Shown here: one piece after another, positions 36,801-47,382 of the stretch | How the letters are laid out: the number at the start of each line of letters is the position of its first letter | Numbering within the stretch: the stretch's first letter is position 1 | Assembly: GCA_963793425.1 (NCBI GenBank) | Contig: CAWCAG010000009.1 | Span: forward strand, 704,001 to 768,000 | Length of the DNA: 64,000 nt | Direction of reading: 5' to 3' | Origin: an uncultured cyanobacterium | GTDB lineage: Bacteria; Cyanobacteriota; Cyanobacteriia; Cyanobacteriales; CAWCAG01 | Translations under genes and position numbers: made by a program | Notes under the pieces: generated by a model | Database searches by the model: none | Told to the model about the DNA's origin: nothing | The model's input: only the letters and a program-made list of their open reading frames with translations

Positions 36801-39527
36801 GAAAAATTTGCAGAAAGTTTAAAAGTTAAAACTACTGTTTTTGCTGATATAGCTAATGGTTGCTTAAGAATTCTTGGAGATTCCTATCGCTATCCTAACG
36901 AATATCCCGTTGATGACTGGAGGGATTGGCAAGATGCTAATCCTCGGCTAAAAAACTATGTTGCTAGGTGCGCCCACAATAATCAACTTGATGAAACAAA
37001 ATTAAAAGCAGCTTTATGGTCAGCTATTTGTGAACAAGGACACCAATGGTTGAAAATTAGTCCCCTACATTTATATTTTAAAGTAGCAACAAAAAATGAC
37101 CCTGTTTGGCAATGTACCTTCTGTAGTCGTCCTCATCTTCATCATTCAGGAGGAATTTGTACCAACTGTAATGAAGTTTTGCCTAGTGAACCTAATAAAA
37201 GTTGTACTGATTTGTATAGCCGTAATTACTACGCAACAGAAGCAGTAAATAAACGCCAGCCGATTAGATTTCATTGTGAAGAATTAACTGGACAAACAGA
37301 TAATCAAGGTGAAAGACAAAGGCACTTTCGTAATATTGTTATCAACACCGGAAAAGAAGACCGTCCGTTTATTCCTAAAGTAGACACAATTGACCTGCTT
37401 AGCGTTACTACAACAATGGAAGTTGGGGTTGATATTGGTAATTTAATGGCTGTGGTCTTAGCTAATATGCCACCGATGCGCTTTAATTATCAACAACGTG
37501 CCGGACGTGCAGGTCGTCGAGGGCAAGCTTTTGCGATTAATTTAACTCTTTGTCGCGGTAATAGTCACGATGATTTTTATTACCAACATCCAGAAAAAAT
37601 TACTGGTGATCCTCCCCCTGTCCCTTTTCTTTCTATGTCTCAGCAAGAAATTCTCCAAAGAATGTTAGCAAAAGAGTGTTTGCGACGGGCATTTTTAAAT
37701 GCAGGAGTTAAATATTGGGAAGTAAGTAAACCACCTGATAGTCATGGAGAATTTGGTTTCGTAACTAGTGAGAAAAAACCAAAAGGTTGGCAAGAAAATG
37801 AAACTCGCCGAGATTCTGTTAAGGAATGGTTAGAAAATAAGCCAGATGTTCAAGAAATAGTTAAAGCTTTACTTGTTGGTGTGAAAAATGTAGATGCTGA
37901 AGAACTAGAATTGTACGGTCGTTGTGACCTTTTTGATGCTATTGAACACTGTGTTCGTAACCTAGAATTAACAGGGAAAGGACTAGCAGAACGTCTAGCC
38001 GAAGGGGGCGTATTACCAATGTATGGAATGCCTTCTAGAGTTAGAAATTTGTATCATCATAAGCCTCAAGGAGGTATTCAGCCTGCGGAAATTGACCGAG
38101 ATTTAGACTTAGCAATAACTGAATTTGCCCCAGGTTCAGAAAAAACCAAAGATAAAAGAATTTATCAGTCAATTGGTTTTACTGCACCCTTGTTATTAGA
38201 TAAAAAAAGTCTTGTAGCTGCTGATAAACCTTTATCAGAACGTAAGTGGATGTTTCGATGTAGTTGTTGCCAGCACACCGATATAAAAGAGACAGAATTT
38301 GATAATGAAGAATGTCCTACTTGCCAAGCTAAACCAGAGGTTGAAAATCAACCAGGGTTTCGAGTATTTCAATGGGCTGTGCCATTGGGTTTTCGTACTA
38401 CCTTAAAACCTGGAAGTGATGCTAAAAGTGAGTATAGTATATTAACTGCTGGCGCTGGCAGTGTTGCAGAATCAAAACCACAAGAGTTTAAGAAATCACT
38501 TTCAACTAATAGTCAAATTGCTTTCGCCCCCAAGGGCAGAGTTTTTCGCATTAATGATAATCAGGGTCAGTTATTTCAAGGAAGCATAGGAAAAACAACA
38601 GGAAATAAATCATTAAACCAACAGTGGATTGATAAAAGATTTCAAGAACGTAGTAGAGATTACGATAGTAAAGGGGTTAAATTTGAACCAAATGGTGAAG
38701 ATGAAGCTATAGCTATTGTGGCTCCTAAAACTACTGGCGTACTAAGAATACAACCAGTTAATGTACCAGCAGGTTTGTGTTTAGACCCCCTAAAATTTGG
38801 TTCTGGAGTTAAATCAGCCTTCTATTCTGCTGCATTTATTATTCGTTCTGTAGTAGCAGAAAAATTAGATATTTCCCCAGAAGAATTAGATATTAGTAAC
38901 CTGCGTCAAGTAGAAGTAAATGGTCGTAAAGTAGGAGAAATTATTATTAGCGATCGCTTAGCTAATGGTTCTGGTTTTACAGATTGGTTATATCAAAACT
39001 GGCAACAAATTATTCAAGAAATTATTAAACCTAATTCCACTAAATTAAGTAGCAGTTTCGCAAGTTCGTTGATTTCTGAACAACACCGCCAAAAGTGCGA
39101 CTCTTCTTGTTATGATTGCCTCAGACAATATCGCAATATTAACTATCATGGTTTACTAGATTGGCGCTTAGGAATATCTTTACTGAAAATTCTCGCTAAT
39201 GAAGCTGAAAAATGCGGTTTAGAAGGAGACTTTTCTGCACCAGAACTTAAAAACTGGTTAGAACAAGCAACAGAATCAAGAGATAGTTTCTGCACTTCCT
39301 TTAGTTCCTGTAAGCCTCAATCTTTTGGAAAGTTACCAGGTTTTGAGGTAGGTAATAAACAGGTGATAATTGTTCATCCCCTCTGGAATCTGAAACCAGA
39401 AAGTAGAATAGGAATATTGGCAGATGCGGTTTCCAATACATCGACGAGGGAAATAGAACCTAAATTTTTAGATAGTTTTAATCTTTTGCATCGCCCTAGC
39501 TGGTGTTATCAAAAAGCTTTAAATTAA
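33831..39527 (+). CDS. Large DEAD/DEAH helicase with C-terminal DUF1998 zinc domain (DruE-like)
   Basis: TAGTGSGKTE, YPMNAL, DELH, TTTMEVGVDIG, QRAGRAGRR and CDSSCYDCL motifs; 1898 aa. Confidence 0.88.
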   Translation: MYDPIGAFETIRDNFLLYIKTAFGTRFPKIEEERENLLREPGELNKPGVFHQEPWIEPLPQYETSGKKVQQLTIDDTPKLDEKTLKEFQNLAACGLMGDYQLYSHQLEMLGKSLSGQDVVVTAGTGSGKTESFLLPLFAYLTKESQNWQSLKEEDPHLNDWWSNKDWQDKCNPIIKENRSMKRSYRVSQRGNETRDAAVRAIILYPMNALVEDQLTRLRKALDSDQAREWFKNSRSGNRIYFGRYNGVTPVPGHENTKTSKPNKKKIDELLEVMQQIDHSATAAEQYGQEKGDKEVRFFFPRLDGSEMRCRWDMQDAPPDILITNYSMLSIMLMRDVDKEIFAKTKAWLEKPESIFHLIVDELHLYRGTQGTEVAYLLRLFLQRLGLYPGHPKLRVLASSASLEPNDEQSLKFLSEFFGTEWKPEQIVPGKQQEIPAIQERDFLDSQIFIDLVEEKERNGNSEELKASPQYKKCEEFIESHQDNVIARMLNACRDKEKNQTRAVSFTQFAEGIFGKHLEPETSKKAARGLLITRGLLANNNLPAFRLHLFFRNIEGLWACPQPHNSSLESKTNQKPPVGKLFVKNPPIRYKNNRVLELLRCEQCGTVFFGGSRLELEGNKGWELLPIEPDIEGIPDRQVGQFLEQRTYQEYAIFWPDRDIHIEAKKEWKKAYLNANSSEVKLDDPENSEENNIKGYIFYLKNKNINIGAQPSICPCCAVDYSKRRTIKSPIRGFRSGFSKVSQLLSKELFYQLPENEESRKLVVFSDSRENAASLSNGMERTHYSDLIREAIFYELEQLAIGQPCLLEDIQKYGKATTAKAAEFARLYPDISGKIAKHLKRISRPLPEGLDPEDLEDLRERKESSQAFIKNIEKIGETHIVPLKVMLEGNKETPGQLIQRLVNLGVNPAGYDIYSQEYRYEGRIYNWTNFFDFSFSPPQWKDLPNQQLDIRDRKITEKLKLEVCLIFFNRLFYSIESSGLGYPCLQLEGMEKFAESLKVKTTVFADIANGCLRILGDSYRYPNEYPVDDWRDWQDANPRLKNYVARCAHNNQLDETKLKAALWSAICEQGHQWLKISPLHLYFKVATKNDPVWQCTFCSRPHLHHSGGICTNCNEVLPSEPNKSCTDLYSRNYYATEAVNKRQPIRFHCEELTGQTDNQGERQRHFRNIVINTGKEDRPFIPKVDTIDLLSVTTTMEVGVDIGNLMAVVLANMPPMRFNYQQRAGRAGRRGQAFAINLTLCRGNSHDDFYYQHPEKITGDPPPVPFLSMSQQEILQRMLAKECLRRAFLNAGVKYWEVSKPPDSHGEFGFVTSEKKPKGWQENETRRDSVKEWLENKPDVQEIVKALLVGVKNVDAEELELYGRCDLFDAIEHCVRNLELTGKGLAERLAEGGVLPMYGMPSRVRNLYHHKPQGGIQPAEIDRDLDLAITEFAPGSEKTKDKRIYQSIGFTAPLLLDKKSLVAADKPLSERKWMFRCSCCQHTDIKETEFDNEECPTCQAKPEVENQPGFRVFQWAVPLGFRTTLKPGSDAKSEYSILTAGAGSVAESKPQEFKKSLSTNSQIAFAPKGRVFRINDNQGQLFQGSIGKTTGNKSLNQQWIDKRFQERSRDYDSKGVKFEPNGEDEAIAIVAPKTTGVLRIQPVNVPAGLCLDPLKFGSGVKSAFYSAAFIIRSVVAEKLDISPEELDISNLRQVEVNGRKVGEIIISDRLANGSGFTDWLYQNWQQIIQEIIKPNSTKLSSSFASSLISEQHRQKCDSSCYDCLRQYRNINYHGLLDWRLGISLLKILANEAEKCGLEGDFSAPELKNWLEQATESRDSFCTSFSSCKPQSFGKLPGFEVGNKQVIIVHPLWNLKPESRIGILADAVSNTSTREIEPKFLDSFNLLHRPSWCYQKALN

Positions 39528-39584
39528 TTAGAGCAATTTAGTATTAGTGGCCGAATGTAGATGGATTATGTTATCCTTAGTATT

Positions 39585-39678
39585 GATCCGGACCTACGCG
39601 ATCGCAACGCTCAAACCTTGTCAGAACCGGAAGGTAGCAGCAATACGAGATGCTTGTGATAGGCGTAGAATCCGGGTC
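39585..39678 (+). ncRNA. ffs: Signal recognition particle 4.5S RNA
   Basis: TCAGAACCGGAAGGTAGCAGCA helix-8 motif; closing stem GATCCGGA..TCCGGGTC; extended -10 TGTTATCCT upstream. Confidence 0.92.
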
Positions 39679-39684
39679 TTTTGC

Positions 39685-41106
39685 TTAGATCAAGGATTTC
39701 AGCATTGCTTGCAGCTTAATTTGAACCTCAGCAAACTCTTTCCGAGGCTGAGAACCCGCGACAATACCTGCCCCTGCATAGAGTCGGGCGCTATTTCCCC
39801 TAATTAGAGCAGAACGAATACCAACAATAAACTCGCCGTTACCTTGATAATCTACCCAACCTAAAGGGGCAGCATATAAAGAACGTTCAAAGCTTTCATA
39901 GCGACAAATTTCTTCACAAGCTATGGGGGTAGGGACTCCAGCCACCGCAGGAGTAGGATGGAGTTGGGCCACAATATCCAAAAGGTTGATATCCCCTGGA
40001 ACTTCGGCTGTAATCTTTGTCCAGAGATGTTGAATGTTAGAAAGGCGCAATACCCGCAGAGGATATTGGAGAGGCTTTAAACCTAATTCTAAGAGGCGTT
40101 GAGTAATAAATTTACTAACTGCCTGATGTTCCCGTCGTTCTTTTTGAGAACTGAATAGTTGGTTGGCTAAACGCCTATCCTCACAAAAGCTTTTTCCCCT
40201 TGGTGCAGATCCGGCCAAAGCATCAGTAACTAGTTGGTTATTTTGGATACTAATCAAACGTTCTGGACTTGCGCCAACAAAGTTATCTCCTCGACCATTA
40301 CTAAGAGAAAATATGTAACAGTCAGGATGCCTTTTTCTTAAATTATACAACGAATTAATCAGCTTAAAAGGCTCCGGCGAAGTAACATCTAAAGCATGGG
40401 CAAGAACAATTTTACTAAACTTATTAGCCTGGATCGATTTTAAAGCTGAAGCAACTGCTGAAGTGAATTGATGGGAACTATCAGATTTAGGGTTTTTGCT
40501 AAACTGTATATGGTGTTTACTCGTAAAATGAAGTTTTAAAGGAACAGAAGAATTAATTGTTTTGATTTGTTGTTTTAGTTGGTTTATGGTGAATGCTATA
40601 TCTGTATGAGGATAAATAGCTAAATTAGCCACTAAAACACAACGACCTTTTTTATGTGCTATTTGTAACTTCGGTAAGAATATTGTTGCTGAAGGAAAAG
40701 GAGAGTTATTACTTGGTTTTTTAGCAACAAAGGTAAAGCTACAGAAAAAATGAGGACCGGCAAAAGGTAAATGAAGATCACCAACTTTAACGATTTGTTT
40801 TTGACAATCCTGAATAAATTGTTGGGATTGCCTAAAGCGAGCTTTAGTCTCTATAGTAAGAGATTGAACAGTACCATAACCAGCGATCGCTTCTTGTTTT
40901 CGAGGGTTTTCCCAATAGAAATGAATTTGATTCGGCTGGGCTATTTTTTGACATATAGCCAAAGGGTCTATATGGTTAATTTCTTGAGACAAGCTAACAA
41001 TTTGTAAACAACCTTTGCTTCGAGATTTCTCTTGGCAAGTTAAAAGAAACTGATGTAGTTCTCGCTCGTCTTGCAGAATTCGATCGCGGTAAGGAATGGC
41101 TAGCAT
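39685..41106 (-). CDS. menF: Isochorismate synthase
   Basis: GASPERL, ALAGSAPRG, LHPTPAVAG and YAGAGIV motifs. Confidence 0.93.
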   Translation of the reverse strand: MLAIPYRDRILQDERELHQFLLTCQEKSRSKGCLQIVSLSQEINHIDPLAICQKIAQPNQIHFYWENPRKQEAIAGYGTVQSLTIETKARFRQSQQFIQDCQKQIVKVGDLHLPFAGPHFFCSFTFVAKKPSNNSPFPSATIFLPKLQIAHKKGRCVLVANLAIYPHTDIAFTINQLKQQIKTINSSVPLKLHFTSKHHIQFSKNPKSDSSHQFTSAVASALKSIQANKFSKIVLAHALDVTSPEPFKLINSLYNLRKRHPDCYIFSLSNGRGDNFVGASPERLISIQNNQLVTDALAGSAPRGKSFCEDRRLANQLFSSQKERREHQAVSKFITQRLLELGLKPLQYPLRVLRLSNIQHLWTKITAEVPGDINLLDIVAQLHPTPAVAGVPTPIACEEICRYESFERSLYAAPLGWVDYQGNGEFIVGIRSALIRGNSARLYAGAGIVAGSQPRKEFAEVQIKLQAMLKSLI

Positions 41107-41578
41107 GGAGGTAGGTGTCTTAAAAAAAGGTCATTTTTCTTTTTTCACCTCTATTGAACATTAAATGCTATGTCCAACAGAGGTGGGGTTGCTGTCCTTG
41201 TCACTACCAGGCTTCCACAGACATCGGCTAGGGGTTTGGGTTGACCTATTCCGAGTCAAGATGCTTGGAGTTATCAGATGGCTGGTTGGATGCTATATAT
41301 CCAACACATTTGGTAATATTCTGGACAAATTTTAACCTGGACGCGGGAAAATTCACCCTTTACTGAACTAGTTTAGTTTGTATCCCTGATGTTTCAGTCA
41401 GTTAATGGCTATTATTGAAATTCCCTCCAGACTATTGCTTGTCTTAGAGCAACTACTGTTTTGATTATTGTCCCTTATCTGTTGTTAAATTAACAGTTGG
41501 ACAATCCTCAAACTGCTAACTGAGTTGTCTAAGTCAAATCAAGATATCAGTTTCAAGTAATTAAATCAATTTCGTCTA

Positions 41579-42493
41579 ATGACTACAACACGATTGGAGA
41601 AAAAATCGGATAACCAACTTTGGTTAGCTGCTATTAAGCCACCGATGTATAGTGTAGCGGTTGTACCAATTACTGTGGGGACTGCTGTTGCTTTTGCAGA
41701 AAATAAAATTATTCATGGAGAGATATTTATAACTTTTTTACTCTCAGCAATTTTAATTATTGCTTGGCTCAATATTAGTAATGATGTTTTTGATGCTGAG
41801 ACAGGAATAGATGCAAATAAAGCTGAATCTCTAGTTAATTTAACTGGCAACAAAACCCTACTATTTTGGTTGAGTAATTTATTTTTGGGTTGCGGCATAC
41901 TAGGTATTTTAACTATCGCCTATCTACAACAAGATTGGACTGTTCTAAAACTTATTTTGCTTTGCTGTATCTTAGGTTATAGCTACCAAGGGCCACCCTT
42001 TCGCCTTGGCTATCAAGGACTAGGAGAGTTAATTTGTTTTGTTACTTTCGGTCCCTTAGCTATTTCTGCTGCTTACTATTCTCAAACTCAAAATTTCTCC
42101 CTAGCAAGTATATTTACTTCTGTAATTATTGGTGTTACGACATCAATAATACTCTTTTGTTCCCACTTTCATCAGGTTGAAGATGACTTAGCAGCAGGGA
42201 AACTATCACCCATTGTTCGCTTGGGTACTAAGAATAGTTCTTATTTACTAATTGGGGCGGTAGTTAGTATTTATGTGTTAACTTTTTTATTTGTTGCCAC
42301 AGGTTATTTGAGTTGGTGGACATTGATAGTTTCCCTAAGTCTTCCTCTTGCCTACGAATTAATTGATTATGTTTGTAAGTATCATAATCAGCCTAAAAAA
42401 GTTAAAAGCTGTAAATATATAGCTGTGAAATTGCACTTTTTTAGTGGTGTTTTGTTGACTTTGGGTTTACTTTTATCCACTGTTAATCTGTAG
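41579..42493 (+). CDS. menA: 1,4-dihydroxy-2-naphthoate phytyltransferase
   Basis: AAIKPPMYSVA, NDVFDAETGID and YQGPPFRLGYQGLGE motifs. Confidence 0.93.
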   Translation: MTTTRLEKKSDNQLWLAAIKPPMYSVAVVPITVGTAVAFAENKIIHGEIFITFLLSAILIIAWLNISNDVFDAETGIDANKAESLVNLTGNKTLLFWLSNLFLGCGILGILTIAYLQQDWTVLKLILLCCILGYSYQGPPFRLGYQGLGELICFVTFGPLAISAAYYSQTQNFSLASIFTSVIIGVTTSIILFCSHFHQVEDDLAAGKLSPIVRLGTKNSSYLLIGAVVSIYVLTFLFVATGYLSWWTLIVSLSLPLAYELIDYVCKYHNQPKKVKSCKYIAVKLHFFSGVLLTLGLLLSTVNL

Positions 42494-42576
42494 CAATTTT
42501 TCAAAGCTTGTAGTCCTTTGTACTGATTTTTGAATTTTGGGTAAGGACAATAACAAAGGACTAATTGCTTAATTTT

Positions 42577-43470
42577 ATGTTGAGTATCGAAAATGTTAAC
42601 AAAAGCTATGCTCAAAGATTAGTTCTTGATAATTTGTGTTTAAGAATAAAATCAGGGCAAGTTTATGGTTTATTGGGACCAAATGGGGCAGGAAAAACGA
42701 CCACTATCAATCTTCTTGGTAATTTAATTGAGCCTGATAGCGGTATAATTTACATCAACAATCAGCCTGTTTCTGAAGTAACTAAGAACTTAATTGGTAT
42801 TGCGCCTCAAGAGAATTTACTTTATAAAAGTCTTAGTTGTCAGGAAAATCTCAATTTTTATGCCCAGATTTATGGACTACGAGGAAAGAAGCTTTATCAT
42901 CAAGTAGGAGCGAGTCTTGAAGCGGTTAACCTCTTTCCTAGACGCAAGAATCCTGTGGAAAGTTTAAGTGGGGGGATGCAGCGGCGGCTTAATATTGCTG
43001 TCGCTTTGGTACATGAACCTCAGTTGGTAATTCTTGATGAACCTACCACTGGATTAGATATTGAATCCCGTTACGAAGTTTGGGATCTAATTCGTCGCCT
43101 TCAAAGTCAAGGTAAAACTATTTTGTTGACAACTCATCTTTTAGATGAGGCTGAACGTTTGTGTCAGCGTATTGGTATTCTTAATCGGGGAAGTATTACG
43201 GCTGAAGGTAGTTTAGAGGAGTTGCGTCAGCTTGTTGCCGCACAAGAAATAGTTACGATTAAAACCTCTCAAGCAGAAAAGGCGATCGCGAGGGGAAAAG
43301 AATTAGGCTTTAGCCAGCGACGTTATAACGGTGATCTGGCTTTTTGGTTGCCTCAATCACTGGAATTAGCAGAGATTATCAATCAATTTGCCGGGATTCC
43401 TTTAGATTCTATTATTCGTCAACCAGTTGGTTTAGAACATATTTATTTAGAAGTTACTAAAAAGAGATGA
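42577..43470 (+). CDS. ABC transporter ATP-binding protein
   Basis: GPNGAGKT, LSGGMQRR and LDEPT motifs. Confidence 0.95.
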   Translation: MLSIENVNKSYAQRLVLDNLCLRIKSGQVYGLLGPNGAGKTTTINLLGNLIEPDSGIIYINNQPVSEVTKNLIGIAPQENLLYKSLSCQENLNFYAQIYGLRGKKLYHQVGASLEAVNLFPRRKNPVESLSGGMQRRLNIAVALVHEPQLVILDEPTTGLDIESRYEVWDLIRRLQSQGKTILLTTHLLDEAERLCQRIGILNRGSITAEGSLEELRQLVAAQEIVTIKTSQAEKAIARGKELGFSQRRYNGDLAFWLPQSLELAEIINQFAGIPLDSIIRQPVGLEHIYLEVTKKR

Positions 43471-43472
43471 TT

Positions 43473-44075
43473 TTAATACTTAGCTTGATGAATAACTGGT
43501 TCACATAGAGCCTCTCTAATTGCTTCTAAACTGCTAGAATCTCTTACCATCATAGCATGACTAAAAACCGAAAGTTTGACCTCTTTACCTATTCCTAATT
43601 GTGAACTTTCAGGAGGAATAATAATAAAATCGTAGGGAGTCCATAAAGAGGTGAAATTTAGTTGCTTTAAAATTTCTACATCTCTATTTAATTCTTGCAA
43701 AAAGTTACTTTCTGGCTGCATTTGTTTACAACCTGGTATAGGTAATGAGTAGGCTAAGTAAGTGCCTTTGTGAGGAGCAGAAATAGTTATAAAACGTTCT
43801 ACTTTTTTGACCCCTCCTAACTTTTGTACATAGTAGCGAGTTACTAATCCTCCCATACTTAATCCTACTAGATCGATAGGTTGAGAGGCGGGAAAGACTC
43901 TATCAATATAATCTGCCACTTGTAGGGCTAGTTTATCTAAGCCTACAGTAGCATTACCTGGGGACAAATCGATACGGTGAACCTCCCAGCCTAGAGAGGT
44001 TAAATAGGTATAAATTTTATTAAATATGCTTTTTTTTCTAAAAAAGCCATGGATGAGCAAAACAGGATTTTTCAT
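43473..44075 (-). CDS. Alpha/beta-hydrolase lipase/esterase
   Basis: LIHG and GLSMGG nucleophile motifs. Confidence 0.88.
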   Translation of the reverse strand: MKNPVLLIHGFFRKKSIFNKIYTYLTSLGWEVHRIDLSPGNATVGLDKLALQVADYIDRVFPASQPIDLVGLSMGGLVTRYYVQKLGGVKKVERFITISAPHKGTYLAYSLPIPGCKQMQPESNFLQELNRDVEILKQLNFTSLWTPYDFIIIPPESSQLGIGKEVKLSVFSHAMMVRDSSSLEAIREALCEPVIHQAKY

Positions 44076-44572
44076 CGGAGTTTAGAACTTTTATAAAGGT
44101 GGAACTAAGCTTTCTTTCTTTATTCCGGTTTTTTGCAGCTAAGCCTAGAGTATCTTATTTATAGCTTTGACTAATTTCGCTGCAAGGGTGCGGATAGGTT
44201 AGCTAGATTTAATAATTTAATCTGTCCCTATATTATTCTACGACTCATTTAGCATTGTTATACGTCTTAATCTTCATTAAGTAATTTATGACATACTTCA
44301 ATAAGGAAAGTAAAAATTAATATTCCTATTTGAGGTAAAATTTTTGGTTTTCTCAATTGCTCAAAAATAGGCTACTTCACAGCATCTGCAAGTTACCACT
44401 TTCTTTTAATTAAAATGGCTTTTTAAGCTATTTTCAAATAATTACCAATGATACCAAATCCGGGTACTTTAGTACCCTTATAAAATCGATCAAATAAAGT
44501 TCTCAAACCCTACTCCCTACTCCCTATTTCTCCCCCTAACAGATAAGTCATGACACTCAACACTGATTTAGT

Positions 44573-46336
44573 ATGAATATCGATTTTCGTAATACCAACA
44601 CCCTTTGGTCTTCCATTCTTGTTGAAACCCTGAAACGCTTAGGATTAACCACTGCGGTTATTTGTCCCGGTTCTCGTTCTACTCCTTTAACTATAGCCTT
44701 TGCTCAACATGAGGACATAGAAGCAATTCCTATTTTAGATGAACGTTCTGCTGCTTTTTTTGCTTTGGGTATAGCGAAAAAGTCCGGGTTTCCTGTTGCT
44801 TTGGTTTGTACTTCTGGTACAGCCGGGGCAAACTTTTATCCGGCGGTTATTGAAGCAAAAGAAAGTAGAGTACCTCTGTTAGTTCTTACCGCAGATCGCC
44901 CCCCAGAATTAAGAGATTGTCATTCTGGACAAACCATTAACCAGATCAAATTATATGGCGATTATCCTAACTGGCAAACTGAGTTAGCTTTGCCTGTCGG
45001 AGAAATAGAACTGTTGCGCTATTTGCGACAAACAATAGTCCAAGCTGTTAGACGCTCACTGTTTCCTATAAACGGGCCTGTTCATCTTAATATACCCTTT
45101 CGTGACCCTTTAGCTCCTATTGAAGAGCGGATTAAGAGATTTTATAAAACATCCCTTCATTTCAACTCAGAAGAATTTTTTGCTGCTATTACCCCCTATA
45201 ATCCTAACTTTATACCGCAAACTTCCCAACCTATTTTCCTCATTCCTGAATCGAATCAAGGCATAATTATTGCTGGGGTTGCTCAACCCCTTGAGGCGAA
45301 AGAGTATTGTCAAGCGATCGATTATTTAGCTCAATATTTAGGGTTTCCTGTTTTAGCAGAAGGACTTTCTCCTTTAAGAAATTATGCAGATATCAATCCT
45401 TATTTAATCTCTACCTATGATCTCATTTTACGGAATCAAAAACTTGCTACTCGGTTAACACCAGAATTTATTATCCAATTTGGGCAAATCCCGACTAGTA
45501 AGGTACTTAGAAACTGGTTAACAAATACGAAAGCGAAGCATTTTGTGATTGATCCTAGTGGCGAAAACTTCGATTCTCTCCATGGTAAAACTATTCATTT
45601 AAATTTGCACCCTGAACAATTAATTGATCCTTATTTAAAAGAATATGTCAAAAATGATCGCCCTACTAATATTCCCACACCTTATTTACATCTTTGGTTA
45701 AAAGCTGAAGCTCAAGTTAGAGGAGAAATTAACTGTAAAATGTTAGCAACAGAAGAGCTTTTTGAAGGGAAAATAGCTTGGTTACTTGCTAAAACTCTAC
45801 CAGCACAAACCCCAGTTTTTATTGCTAATAGTATGCCGGTGAGAGATGTAGAATATTTTTGGTTGCCTAATAATCGTCATTTACAACCTTTTTTTAATCG
45901 CGGAGCAAATGGCATTGATGGTACTCTATCCACAGCTTTAGGTGTTGCTCACCATAACAAAAGTAGCATCCTTCTCACAGGTGATCTTGCTCTTTTACAC
46001 GATACCAATGGCTTTTTGCAACACAATAAATTTACTGGTCATTTAACCATTATTTTGATTAATAATAATGGTGGCGGCATTTTTCATATGCTGCCTATCG
46101 CTAATTACGAACCACCTTTCGAGGAGTTCTTTGCTACACCTCAAAACATTAACTTCTCTCAATTATGTCAGACTTATAATATAGAACATCAAATTATTAA
46201 TTCTTGGTCAGAGCTTAAGTCTTTATTAAATCCTTTACCCAAAACCGGGATAAGGGTTTTAGAATTACCAACAAGCAGACACAAGGATTCTGCTTGGCGG
46301 CAGGAGTACTTGAATAGTTTTGCTGATAATCACTGA
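44573..46336 (+). CDS. menD: SEPHCHC synthase
   Basis: CPGSRSTPL, DERSAAFFALG, NRGANGIDG and GDLALLHD motifs. Confidence 0.96.
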   Translation: MNIDFRNTNTLWSSILVETLKRLGLTTAVICPGSRSTPLTIAFAQHEDIEAIPILDERSAAFFALGIAKKSGFPVALVCTSGTAGANFYPAVIEAKESRVPLLVLTADRPPELRDCHSGQTINQIKLYGDYPNWQTELALPVGEIELLRYLRQTIVQAVRRSLFPINGPVHLNIPFRDPLAPIEERIKRFYKTSLHFNSEEFFAAITPYNPNFIPQTSQPIFLIPESNQGIIIAGVAQPLEAKEYCQAIDYLAQYLGFPVLAEGLSPLRNYADINPYLISTYDLILRNQKLATRLTPEFIIQFGQIPTSKVLRNWLTNTKAKHFVIDPSGENFDSLHGKTIHLNLHPEQLIDPYLKEYVKNDRPTNIPTPYLHLWLKAEAQVRGEINCKMLATEELFEGKIAWLLAKTLPAQTPVFIANSMPVRDVEYFWLPNNRHLQPFFNRGANGIDGTLSTALGVAHHNKSSILLTGDLALLHDTNGFLQHNKFTGHLTIILINNNGGGIFHMLPIANYEPPFEEFFATPQNINFSQLCQTYNIEHQIINSWSELKSLLNPLPKTGIRVLELPTSRHKDSAWRQEYLNSFADNH

Positions 46337-46379
46337 AGTAATCCGACGGTTTTTGTTACTAACAATTTAGTTGATAATT

Positions 46380-47375
46380 ATGAAAGTTGCTGTTTTTAGC
46401 GCCAAATCCTATGATCGCAATTTCTTAGAGGCTGCTAACTTTTCTAGGAAACACGAGTTAGTTTTTTTTGCTCCTCACTTAACTTTAGAAACTAGTATTT
46501 TAGCCAAAGATTGTGAGGCCGTTTGTGTTTTTGTTAACGATCAATTAAATAAAGATGTTTTAGGGGCGATCGCTAAAGGAGGAACAAAATTAATTGCTCT
46601 TCGTTGTGCTGGCTATAACAATGTTGATTTAACTGCGGCGCAAGAATTAGGTTTGAAGATAGTCAGAGTTCCTGCTTATTCTCCCTATGCTGTAGCTGAA
46701 CATACTATTGGTTTAATTCTGACTCTGAATCGCAAAATTCATCGCGCTTATTTTCGGGTTCGGGAAGATAATTTTTCCTTAGAAGGATTGTTAGGATTTG
46801 ATCTTCATGGTGCTACAGTTGGTATAGTTGGGACAGGAAAAATTGGCGCGATTGTTACTAAAATACTCCAGGGATTTGGTTGCAACTTGCTAGTTTATGA
46901 TGTTCGTAAAAACCCAGATTGTGAAGCTTTAGGAGCTAAGTATGTAGAATTGCCAGAATTATTTGCTCATTCTGATATTGTTACTCTTCATTGCCCTTTA
47001 ATTTCTCAAACTCATCATCTCATTAATGCAGAATCCTTAGCTCAAATGAAGGAAGGAGTGATGTTAATCAACACTAGCCGAGGGGCATTAATTGACACTA
47101 AAGCGGTGATTAATGCTCTTAAATCTGGCAAAGTTGGCTACCTTGGTTTAGATGTATATGAACAAGAAGCTAACTTATTCTTTGAAGATTTTTCTAGCCA
47201 GATTATTCAAGATGATGTTTTTCAACGTTTGCTAACTTTTCCTAATGTATTAATTACTGGGCATCAAGGCTTTTTTACTAAAAATGCCCTACAAAATATC
47301 GCAGAAACAACCATTAATAATATTACTAAAGTGGAATCCGGAAAAACTTGTACTAATGAAGTAAGCCTGAATTAG
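46380..47375 (+). CDS. ldhA: D-lactate / 2-hydroxyacid dehydrogenase
   Basis: [28 protein letters not shown] and LDVYEQE motifs. Confidence 0.9.
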   Translation: MKVAVFSAKSYDRNFLEAANFSRKHELVFFAPHLTLETSILAKDCEAVCVFVNDQLNKDVLGAIAKGGTKLIALRCAGYNNVDLTAAQELGLKIVRVPAYSPYAVAEHTIGLILTLNRKIHRAYFRVREDNFSLEGLLGFDLHGATVGIVGTGKIGAIVTKILQGFGCNLLVYDVRKNPDCEALGAKYVELPELFAHSDIVTLHCPLISQTHHLINAESLAQMKEGVMLINTSRGALIDTKAVINALKSGKVGYLGLDVYEQEANLFFEDFSSQIIQDDVFQRLLTFPNVLITGHQGFFTKNALQNIAETTINNITKVESGKTCTNEVSLN

Positions 47376-47382
47376 TTTTTTC

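Noticed and set aside
39547..39807. 86-aa ORF
   Set aside because: Overlaps ffs and the menF 3' end; spurious.
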